NCBI GenBank assembly: GCA_050951545.1
Contig: JBMNJG010000011.1
Location: 64,001 to 128,000 of the forward strand
DNA length: 64,000 bases
From: Limnochordia bacterium
GTDB lineage: Bacteria; Bacillota; Limnochordia; DTU080
Reading direction: 5' to 3'
Numbering within the stretch: position 1 is the first letter of the stretch; every line of letters starts with the position of its first letter. The notes under the pieces are model-generated. The model had not been told where the DNA came from. It saw nothing but the letters and a program-made list of their open reading frames with translations, and searched no databases. Position numbers and translations under genes: made by a program. Shown piece by piece: positions 19,228 to 28,524 of this stretch.

Positions 19228-19749
19228 ATGGGATTTCAGTCGCCGCAGTTTGACTTCATCGACAATCGGTTCATGCATCATCGGATCAAGACCCTTGAGG
19301 TAATCTGCTCGGAGCAAGTACAGGCCACACTCGATGACCCTCTGGGCCCGTTTGGCACGAGCGGTATACTCGACCCCTCAACAGGTGAACTGCTCCCCGG
19401 CCTGAGGACAGTCGTAACGGACGTTGATCCCGGTGTAGGCGTGAAGGCCAACAAAGTGTGCAACGTGTTCGTAGTCGCCTTCCAGATCGTCAACGCCACT
19501 GGTGCCGTACTGCTGGCGGATACCGCGACGGTGTCAGATGAGGTACCTTGCCCTGGCGCAGGTATAGGCCCTGGGCAGACCGTAGTGCAGAAGCATGACA
19601 TCCAGATTGGTTTCTGCCTGATCCCCGTCGACACCAACGAAGACGGCATCCTCGACAGCTTCTTCATCACCCTTGACATTGAGTACTGCCTTGTGGTGGC
19701 GAAGGAGGCCATCCTCAAGATTAACGCCGCAGCTCCCTTCTGCCCATAG
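19228..19749 (+). CDS. Cys-rich hypothetical protein, spore-coat-like (copy 2)
   Basis: Tandem paralogue of 18617-19138 with the same RBS context and mostly synonymous differences. Confidence 0.7.
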   Translation: MGFQSPQFDFIDNRFMHHRIKTLEVICSEQVQATLDDPLGPFGTSGILDPSTGELLPGLRTVVTDVDPGVGVKANKVCNVFVVAFQIVNATGAVLLADTATVSDEVPCPGAGIGPGQTVVQKHDIQIGFCLIPVDTNEDGILDSFFITLDIEYCLVVAKEAILKINAAAPFCP

Positions 19750-19977
19750 CAGCAACACTGGGCCAAGGGATACGCACGAAGCAGGGCGGGTCAGGTGGCT
19801 GGCCCGTCCTCTTATGGTTAGGTATCCTCACACTAGTAGAGGCCCCTGGTGGAACCCAGGAGCCTCAGCTTTTCCAGCCGTGTTCCTCTGACACCAGTTG
19901 ATCCGTGGTCCTAGCGTGCTTTGCCCCGCGGGGTCCTAACCACTGTGGTGACCCGCACTCCTTGCGCTGCGGCACTC

Positions 19978-20913
19978 CTAGTCCCCGCCCCGGGGCCAGA
20001 CGAAGCCACTGAGCCGACGGCTCCTTGCCCGGGCTGGCAAACCCGTCGGTGGCTGCGCTGGCCAGGACGGCAGAGATGCAGGTAGCACCCCCCCGGCCTG
20101 TGCGCTTCTTTCTGTACTGCGAGAGGTTGGCGGGTCTACACGCATCTGCATCACCGGGACGACGCGCACAGGGCGAGGGGAGGCCTGGCGTGTTGGCGCC
20201 TCGGTCTCGGCTCTCTCAACCTCTGGGGGCTCTGGCATCGCCTCAGCGGGCTCTGCTGGTCTGGCTTCTGTAGACGCTGGCGAAGCCGATTCGAAGGCCG
20301 CGTCTCGGTCTCTCCTCACAAATGGGGTTGCTTCTTCCACCTGAGCAGCAGCGACTTGCTCACTGTGCCAAGCGGCTAGTCCCGTCGCTATGCCCTCTGC
20401 AGCTCTACTGATCCAATCTGCACTCTTCAGCAGGGCCTCGTCTTTTCGGCTCGAGATATGGCCTAGCTGGACTACGATGGCAGGGACACGGGCTCCTTTC
20501 ACTTCTAGCAGGCCGAGCACTGGCACAATACCCAGATCGGATAAGCCTCCCGATGATAGCACCAGGTTCTTTTGCACGGATTGCGCCAACAGAGCACTGA
20601 AGCCATCACCGCGGGCGTAGAGCGTACTGATACCGTCGACGCTTTCATCGCTGGCCTTCCCACAGTGCATACTGACGAAAGCCTCGCTACCGGTCGCATT
20701 GGCCCTGGTTACCCGAAGGCGCCGGTCCTGCGAGGCGTCTTCTGACAAGGCGCTGTCGTCTTCACGGGTGAGCAACGCTTCGTGCCCGAGCTGTGCGAGC
20801 TTGTCCCGCAAGCTAAGGCATGCAGTGAGTGCCGCATGGGCCTCACTAAGCCCCGTTGGTCCCATCACCCCAGGGTCTTCTCCACCGTGTCCTGGGTCCA
20901 AACACACCCTCAT
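19978..20913 (-). CDS. N-acetylmuramoyl-L-alanine amidase (Amidase_3)-like protein with Pro/Ala-rich tail
   Basis: LDPGHGG, E, LTRE, R..RAN and VSMH motifs; the usual catalytic VELG reads VQLG. Confidence 0.85.
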   Translation of the reverse strand: MRVCLDPGHGGEDPGVMGPTGLSEAHAALTACLSLRDKLAQLGHEALLTREDDSALSEDASQDRRLRVTRANATGSEAFVSMHCGKASDESVDGISTLYARGDGFSALLAQSVQKNLVLSSGGLSDLGIVPVLGLLEVKGARVPAIVVQLGHISSRKDEALLKSADWISRAAEGIATGLAAWHSEQVAAAQVEEATPFVRRDRDAAFESASPASTEARPAEPAEAMPEPPEVERAETEAPTRQASPRPVRVVPVMQMRVDPPTSRSTERSAQAGGVLPASLPSWPAQPPTGLPARARSRRLSGFVWPRGGD

Positions 20914-20951
20914 TTTCTCACTCCTCTGCCAATCCTTCTGTCACACAGGTC

Positions 20952-20978
20952 ATCATATGAGAGGCATTGGTGGTTGGT
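20952..20978 (-). promoter_or_regulatory. SigK/SigE-like sporulation promoter
   Basis: AC-17 bp-CATATGAT upstream of the amidase gene. Confidence 0.45.
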
Positions 20979-21053
20979 CCGAGCCTAGTCCAGTACTGGC
21001 GGGCGAACCTACCTTCAGGGTGTGCTTGGTGTCCACGGTCATGTCAGGATGCC

Positions 21054-24000
21054 TCATCTTTGGCGGTGTGCCGCTAGGAGGTTATCGATGAGCATTGCCG
21101 CGTTAGCGGGATTTTGGCTGCCGAACATCTCGTGTCCGCCACTGTAGCCCAAGTTGGAGCTGGTGAGATACAAGATGCCCTCGCCTATGTCCAGGCGTAG
21201 CAAATAGGATAACAGTTCGTCGTTGCTCATGCGCATTCTGGCCATTACCGACCAGGCATCGGTCAACGGACGGTAGCCTGACGATGGGGTGAGCCTCTTC
21301 TCAATCACGGTGCTCAGTGCATGCGGCTGGCGCTGCCAACCACCGTTGTCATGCCACGCGGTGACTCGGTTGGGGTGAATACCCCAGCCACCCCACTGCA
21401 CGGCTGCCCCTGGACCGAACCATCTTTCGAAGGGTATGGCCCCAGTAGCGGCCATGAGTACCATGCCGCCCTTCTGAAGAAAGGGTCCCAGATGGTCGTT
21501 CGCAAACTCGTCGGATAACCTGGATCCGGAGGGATGTCTTAAGACGACGACATCAGCGCCTCCTCGTAGGGCGGAAATAAGTTCCGCTTCTCCTATCGGT
21601 ACCTTGGCGGTCGTGAAGCCCAATTTGGCCAGTTCGGCTCCCAAAGCATCTGCGCGCATCGGATCGCCCTTGCCACTGACATCATACAAGAGCAGGCGCT
21701 TTTGCTCGGGAATGGTTTCTACCAGCGTTACTGTGCCAAAACCAGCTGTGTTGTGGTACGAGGCATCGGGCCAGCCTGTGTTTGGACGGCGACTCGCTCC
21801 TGACCGCTTGAAGGACATTTTCCAAGAGAACGGTGGGAAGCCCTTTGCCGCCTGCTGGCGCTTAATGCCAAACGACTCAAATGGTAGCTCGACATCGAGA
21901 ATCCATGCGGACTCACCGATACTGGTCTTAGCCGTCCAGACCGGGTCGCAGGATGTGTCGAAATCCATCGTGCCATCTGAGCGGGCGTCGTAGCGTACCC
22001 CCTTGGCGTTAGCTACCATGTGGAAATAGGCGGCGGGATGGTTCGGATCAGCTAAGAAGAACTCAATGCCGTCGTCCCCGAACATGCTGGCATCGTGGTG
22101 CTCACCTGTAATCCTCAGTTGCTCGATCTGCGCATCGTGATTGACGAAACGCAGGTAGAGCGCTCTCTCGTCCCACAGAGCGTATGCGTCGGTTGCTTCA
22201 AGAGCATCAGTGCCCTGGTTGTCTTCGAACGAGGGCAGTCGAGCGGCGTGCTTCCACGCAGGATCGTCGGCTCGCCCGTCCATGGCAGGCTTGACGGTAG
22301 CCAGGGGCGCATAGACTGCAAAACGTGCGGCTCTTCCCTGCTGGAGGAGATAGTCCTGGCGCCACTTGTCCAGCATGGCTGCTTCTAGCGTGATCTGAGC
22401 CTCGATGCGCTCGCGCGTTTCGGCGTCGTTAACGCTCCCCAGGGCCTGACGTGCCAGCTGAAAGTACCCATCGGCCTTCTGCAAAAGCTCGCTTGAGATG
22501 AAGGTGCTCGCAAAGCCCGAGGGCGGCTGCAGGAAATAGGTCAGTTGCTGGGGATTCGAGCGCCAGGCGTGATCCATCAACTCGTAGTAGGCAGCCATTG
22601 CGTTCGCTGCTGGTCCGAAGACGTGCTGTGCCCAGTCGCGCATGATCTCAGATGGTTTGATCTCGGTATTCCACATGGCTTGGGCCGCAGCATATAGCGG
22701 CATGCGGTTTGTCACCCAGTTTTGGTTCTGAGGCAACGTGCCAACCGGCCAGCCGAAGGGGGTAACCTCTGAAGTCCAGCCCTTTAGGCCCTGCTGTTGG
22801 GCCCAGGCGATCTCCTCGACGATGAGCGAAGTAATAGGCGAAAGCATTCTCTCATTGAAGTTGATGAACTGGTAGCCGCGGATGCCCACTGGCACTCCTA
22901 GGTCTTGCCAGGCCTTGATTTCTTCCCTGACTTTGGCGTTCGAAGCGTCGGTGATCGGTTTGGTGTAGTTGATGTTGTACGTCGTATAACCAACCATATC
23001 GAACGGGGCGACTTCGGTGGGCACATCGCGATAGGCTTGGTAGGCTAGAGTCTCGTACTTTTTTCCGGGATGAGTCTGGTTGACCAGCTCGATCACGGTT
23101 CTGGAGAACTTCTGCCAACGAGTACTGACATCGGGGGCATAGGCCAGGCAATCGTCGCACTCGCAGAAGTGAGTGTGGTCTGCACCAAAGAATCTAACAC
23201 GGTCAATCTCTGGGTTGCGGTCCCACCACTGAGCGATCACTTTGGCCAGGGCTTCTTGCACACCTGGGTTGGACCAGCACAGATGCGGTGGATGCGAGGA
23301 GGGCTTTTGGCGCCGGCCGCCATACTCGGCCATGTACTCCGGATGGGCGTTCAGCACTGCCTGCGGGAGCACGGCGTTATGACCGCCTATGACGACCTGG
23401 AACCCCCGTCTTTTCATTGGGGGAATCCGCGAAGCTGATCCCTGCAGGTTGTGCACGTTCATCCGGTTGCGCGCCATCCAGATCAGGGTGCTCTCATCAT
23501 AGTGTGGGCTGTTGATCGCCAGCGAGCGTACCTCAAGGCTTGGTATGTGCCGGAGATCCAGCTCCTCAATGGCAATGCGCTCTTGTTGCGGCACATACTC
23601 GCCGCTCAGACCCGGCCAAAACCAACGCATGCCCAGGCACTCTTGCAGAAACGTGTAGGTCGCATAAAGCGCTGCCCGCGGCGTGGGCCCAGCCAGAGTA
23701 CAGCAACTCACCGCTTCTGACAACGCGCACCTCTGTCTGGGTTGTCGGCTGCAAATAGGTCAGCAGTCTCGATGGCGGTAGAGCTCTGCGGCGTGCCAAT
23801 GAGTATGTGGAAAGGAAGACCTTCCTGCGGCTGGTCAGTGATAGGCACTTTTGCTCCACACATTTTGTGAAGGGCGCGCTGTAACTCTTCCGCGGCATAC
23901 TGCTCGGGACCAGCGGCCGCTGCACCTACGACGATCTGCGCTTGGGGCTGTCCATTGCCGGCCACTACGAAGCTGCTGCCGGGGCTCGCCGCTTTTACGG

Positions 24001-24061
24001 CGACAGATGGCAGTAGCAAAACGGCGATGGAACCGAGCCAGACCAAATGATACCTGAGCAT
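21054..24061 (-). CDS. Secreted DUF4838 + CBM9-like carbohydrate-active protein (apparent frameshifts near 23700-23735)
   Basis: Signal peptide and AAEELQRAL N-domain; LGMRWFWPG, HLCWSNP, FCECDDC, LAYQAY; CBM9-like DGRADDPAW..DDGIEFF. Removing two single bases restores DNPDEVRVVRSGELLYLAGPTPRA. Confidence 0.78.
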
Positions 24062-24087
24062 CTCAGACCTCCTCAGCATTGTCCAAT

Positions 24088-27012
24088 TCAGTAGTTGTAC
24101 CCTGTGAAGACCACTTTGCCGATCTGAACGGCTTCCTTGGCGATGGCGTCAGAGAGCGTGAGTCGGAACTGGTTCCATGTGCTATCATCCCTATCCAGGA
24201 AAAGCTCGATCTCCAGGCGATCCCATTCAGCGCTATCCTTTGTGCGTAGCTGTGAGTAGGGCACCCGCTGCCACTGATCGCCACAGGCCGATACCTCCAA
24301 GAAAAGGCCTTTTTCAATCGGAGTGTTGGGGTGTGCGTACAGTGTTATCGTGGCATCTCTTAGATGTGGCGTCTCCCAAATCAGGTATTCGGAGGCGTCA
24401 GTGGCTCTGACCAGGCGCTCGCGATCGCCAAAAAAGAGCTCCGGTTGATCGGTTGCGTATATCCAGCCCTCGGAACGGCTGGCTGTGTCGAGGTAATCGA
24501 ACGTCTCAGAAAGACCGAACCAGGCGTAGGTTGCTGGCGGGCGCATGTCCTGCACCAACTCCCACAGGTTCTCCACCACAATCTTCAGTGACTGGCGAAA
24601 CGGCCCCCACTCCTGGTGAATGACCCCCACTGTGACAGTGTGAGGACCCTCTTCCAGCGTACGAGTATCGATCTCTAGTTCATCCGGTTGCGGGAGCTCC
24701 GTTCCTTCGTAGAGGATGTTACCATCTATGTCGATGGTCACTTTGGTGAGAGCAGCCTCATGTGCAGCATGTAGAAGCGAGATCTCGAGGGGGATGACCC
24801 CTGATACTTTGGCGCCCTCACGCGGTGAACCAAATCGCATCCGTACGGTGGGGTGCTCGGGCAACCGTTCGTAGAGCATGTCCATGTAACCGCCAGTCCG
24901 AGCTCTTGCCAAGAGGGTCGCACCCCAAGTGCCATACCAGGCGTAGCCCGATTGCCGTTCTTGGTCAATCTCAGAGATGTCGTAACGGATGATACCATCT
25001 CTCCCAACGAAGATGGGACGGTTCGTACCGATCTCGTAGAAGCGAGCCCAGCGATCATCAGGAAGCCGGACCTCCTCCAACCACTCCAGTGCGCAGAGAA
25101 TGGCTTGCGACACTTCGGGCGAAGGATCTGGAATGGACTGTAGCAGCTGCACGATACCCACCGACTCGCCTCCCGAGATAGCCGCAGGTTCGAAGACGCG
25201 GTAGGGCCGCGGTTCATAGGAGAAAGGATCGTGTTGCTGTCCCCAGGCAGTGAGACGACCATCTACCTCGATTTGTGCTTTCAGGATGAAGTCCACAGCC
25301 TTCATATAGGCTTGGTCAAGGCGCGCCTTGTAGACATCCGTGATAGATCCAAAGGGAGGTCTGCCCTGTAGAATGTCTTGAATGAAGTGCATTACCTCAG
25401 CCATGGCATCGTCATTGAAGGTCACGTAGATCCCATTGCCTTTGGGATCGGGGAAGTCATTCGGCCAACCGCCGGATGGATATTGGGCAGCGAGAAGGTA
25501 ATCCAAGCCTCGGTAGAAGCCCTCTACGTAGCGTTGCTCGCCTGTCGCTTCGTACACCCTGGCCAGGAAGCGCATGGGGTTGAGGGTACCGTTTCTTCCA
25601 GGACGCCCTCGCTCGATCTCCCCCAGAGCTGCTCCTGTGCGAGTCATATTCCCGGGCGAATAAGGCAGAACCGCCCACGCTTCGTCCCTAAACCACCCTC
25701 CACTGGGCAACTGCCACGTCAGAAGGTTGTCACCAATGTACACTGCTTCCTCCGACTGCCACCACGACGGGCTGCGCGACGCATAGTCTGCATACCGAAA
25801 GCGTTTAATGCTTTCCTTTGTCGGAATACGAGCCATGGCTGTCTCTAACGCAGAGTAGTCTAGTGCGGAGATAATGTCGGTATCGAAGGGAGGACGCTGG
25901 TTTGAGATGTCCCCTAGCAACGACGGAATGGCACTCCATGTCGCTTGGGCGTACATGTCTAGGTGCAGATCGCGGTTCTTGTACTTGGGGTAGACTGTCG
26001 GCCAGCCACCACTGGCATACTGGGCTTTTAGGAGAGTATCTAGACCCTTGCCAAAGGCCTCTTTGTATCTCGGTGCGCCAGTTGTGGCATATATGTGAGC
26101 CAACACGCTTAGTTGGGTGGCCAGTATGCCGTCTGGTACGGTTAGCGCGGCCAAGGGGATGTCAATGGTGATCTCATCAGACTTCATCCTGTGGACAATG
26201 CGCTCTGCAAGAAACTGAGCCTCATCTGTTTTCCACCACTCTGGGGGCCGCTGAGCCACATCGCTGTACTCAATCCAGATGGGACCAGCTTGCTCGGCCC
26301 TCCGACGCAGATCCTCCTCAGCATTGGGCCCAAGGCTCCACACCTTTACATCCCCATAGACGAACTCACCCTTGACCGCTTGGCTCTGGGCGAAGACCAG
26401 CTCAGCACCAGCCCATGAGTCAATGGCTCTGCCAAAGGTCAACGGTTCACTGAGCGGCACCTGCATGTCGTTAAGGTGAAAGACGACTTCCTGTTTTTCG
26501 ATATCGGCTACAAGACGGATGCGGTTCCAGCCCTCTTGGAGCTTCCCGAGCATGACCGCACTCCGCTGTGCCCCAACCCCTTGGTTGAAGTACAAGTGGT
26601 CAGCAGCGACCCACCAGTGTAGCCGGTGACTGCCCGCTTTGCTGATATACATATTGTTCTTTTCCTGTGAAGATCGAATGCGGTGTTCGATCACGATGGT
26701 CTTGGCTTCATGTGCTGGCGGATCCGACAACGGAGCACTGATAGACGTGTTGTTCAGCTTCGGATCGGATGTGATGCGGACTGCTCGCCCCGTGTTTAGT
26801 TCGGCAGCAGGGACGACGGTGACATGTCCGGCTCCGGCGTGAATGGTCCATCCTGCAGGTGGATCCCCAAACTGATCCTCGGCAAAACGATCTGTGAACA
26901 GGAGTCTCGCAGCAGAAACCGCCGACTCCTGGGCGAGCGAGTTATATCCCAGAAAACTGATTAGCACGGCAGTGAGGATGACCGAGACAGCAACCTTTTG
27001 AACACTTGGCAT
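24088..27012 (-). CDS. Secreted multidomain pectate lyase, PL10 family
   Basis: AQYPSGGWP, TFNDDAM, WGQQHD, R.FEPAAI, WARFYEIGTNRPIF and ERQSGYAWYG motifs; signal peptide; extra N- and C-terminal domains. Confidence 0.85.
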   Translation of the reverse strand: MPSVQKVAVSVILTAVLISFLGYNSLAQESAVSAARLLFTDRFAEDQFGDPPAGWTIHAGAGHVTVVPAAELNTGRAVRITSDPKLNNTSISAPLSDPPAHEAKTIVIEHRIRSSQEKNNMYISKAGSHRLHWWVAADHLYFNQGVGAQRSAVMLGKLQEGWNRIRLVADIEKQEVVFHLNDMQVPLSEPLTFGRAIDSWAGAELVFAQSQAVKGEFVYGDVKVWSLGPNAEEDLRRRAEQAGPIWIEYSDVAQRPPEWWKTDEAQFLAERIVHRMKSDEITIDIPLAALTVPDGILATQLSVLAHIYATTGAPRYKEAFGKGLDTLLKAQYASGGWPTVYPKYKNRDLHLDMYAQATWSAIPSLLGDISNQRPPFDTDIISALDYSALETAMARIPTKESIKRFRYADYASRSPSWWQSEEAVYIGDNLLTWQLPSGGWFRDEAWAVLPYSPGNMTRTGAALGEIERGRPGRNGTLNPMRFLARVYEATGEQRYVEGFYRGLDYLLAAQYPSGGWPNDFPDPKGNGIYVTFNDDAMAEVMHFIQDILQGRPPFGSITDVYKARLDQAYMKAVDFILKAQIEVDGRLTAWGQQHDPFSYEPRPYRVFEPAAISGGESVGIVQLLQSIPDPSPEVSQAILCALEWLEEVRLPDDRWARFYEIGTNRPIFVGRDGIIRYDISEIDQERQSGYAWYGTWGATLLARARTGGYMDMLYERLPEHPTVRMRFGSPREGAKVSGVIPLEISLLHAAHEAALTKVTIDIDGNILYEGTELPQPDELEIDTRTLEEGPHTVTVGVIHQEWGPFRQSLKIVVENLWELVQDMRPPATYAWFGLSETFDYLDTASRSEGWIYATDQPELFFGDRERLVRATDASEYLIWETPHLRDATITLYAHPNTPIEKGLFLEVSACGDQWQRVPYSQLRTKDSAEWDRLEIELFLDRDDSTWNQFRLTLSDAIAKEAVQIGKVVFTGYNY

Positions 27013-27227
27013 GGTCACACGCCCCTTTCGTGTTGGCTGTTTCAGCGGCACGACGTTCTTCGCACCGTGATAACAGGGTTCCTGCGTCGCGATCTATTCT
27101 TCCTGTTGTTTCGTTAGTAAGAAGCTCAGGGGGATCGCCGCTAGTCGGCTTAGCCAAAAGAGGAGCAGGAGAGGGGCATCAAGACTAGAATTGCGGCTAT
27201 GGCAACTTAGACCAAGATCAGTTAGGG

Positions 27228-28511
27228 GTGTTTGGTGTGAGTAGAGAAAAGTCTGCGTTTCTGGTAGTCTTGGGAGCAACAATCCTTACAATGGTCCTTA
27301 TGATGGGAGCAGCTGCGAAGGAGAGCATTGCTTACAGCTTCTGGGGTCAACCAGAACAGGTTGACTTGATGTTAAAGGTTCTGAGTCGATTCGAGGAAAA
27401 ACACCCGAACATCAGCGTAGAACCCCGTTATTCGGTTTTTGGGACGTATCATGAGAAGCTGTTGGTAGAGATGACATCCGGGTTGGCAGCCGACGTGATT
27501 CTCGTCAGTCCGGCTTACTTCCCGCAGTTTGTCGACCACAATGTCTTTATGGACCTTACGGATTTGGCCAAGCGAGACCTGAAGATGAATGATTACTTCC
27601 CTACTGCCCCGGTTTACTATGAAGGGCGCTTGTACGGTCTGCCTCATATCCTTGACGTTGAGATGATGTACTTTAACCAGGACCTCTTTGAAGCCGCTGG
27701 TGTTGATCTGCCTCACGAGAGTTGGACCTGGGACGAGGACTTCCTGCCCGCAGTACGGAAGCTGACGCGGAAAAACGGCGAAGGTGCGGTTACGCAGTTT
27801 GGCGCGTTTCGCAACGCAGGAAGCATCTATACCCTGTGGTCCGCTATGACGGCCCGTGGCGGTGGGTTCTATGACGTGGCGCAGAAGAAGGTGCTGGTGA
27901 ACCAGCCCGAGTCGATCGAGACCCTACGCTTCTTTCATAGCTTGGCGCATGTCTATGGCGCAGCCGCGGCCCCGGGCATCCCCACCGCTGGGGGTGGCAA
28001 CTGGACCAACGGGACTGTGGCCACGAACATCGGATGGAATAGCGGGATCGGCTACAACCATGCTCGCAATTTGCCCTTCGAATGGCATGCATCGGTGATG
28101 CCCGGATGGAGTGGTGGCAAGCGAGTCACGGAATCCCATGCGACGGCGTTCATGATCAACGCCTCGACGAAGAAGGTAGAGACAGCCTGGACGCTGGCAA
28201 AGTACCTTGGCTATGAGCCGGAGGCTACTCTGGTGGCTGAGGGGGCGTGGGGACCAGCGAAGCGGCAATCCACGTGGCGGAGCTTTCTGCCTCAGATCGA
28301 GCGAGTGGTTCCTGGCCATCAACAAGACTGGGAGGCCGTTTTTCGCTCCTTTGAGTTTGGCCAGAAGTTCCCTTGGACAGCGGAGTACACACAGGTGCAA
28401 CAGGCCCATAGCCGTCATCTTGCAGTTCTGTGGGCGAACACAAGCGGTCCTGAGACTGTGGCAGAGCAGTTTGCGGACAGCCTCCAGGCTATCCTATCCT
28501 ATAGCAGATAG
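27228..28511 (+). CDS. Carbohydrate ABC transporter solute-binding protein
   Basis: FEEKHPNISVE, LYGLP, YFNQDLFEAAGV..WTWD and AWTLAKYL motifs; no lipobox. Confidence 0.92.
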   Translation: MFGVSREKSAFLVVLGATILTMVLMMGAAAKESIAYSFWGQPEQVDLMLKVLSRFEEKHPNISVEPRYSVFGTYHEKLLVEMTSGLAADVILVSPAYFPQFVDHNVFMDLTDLAKRDLKMNDYFPTAPVYYEGRLYGLPHILDVEMMYFNQDLFEAAGVDLPHESWTWDEDFLPAVRKLTRKNGEGAVTQFGAFRNAGSIYTLWSAMTARGGGFYDVAQKKVLVNQPESIETLRFFHSLAHVYGAAAAPGIPTAGGGNWTNGTVATNIGWNSGIGYNHARNLPFEWHASVMPGWSGGKRVTESHATAFMINASTKKVETAWTLAKYLGYEPEATLVAEGAWGPAKRQSTWRSFLPQIERVVPGHQQDWEAVFRSFEFGQKFPWTAEYTQVQQAHSRHLAVLWANTSGPETVAEQFADSLQAILSYSR

Positions 28512-28524
28512 AGAGGTGATACTG

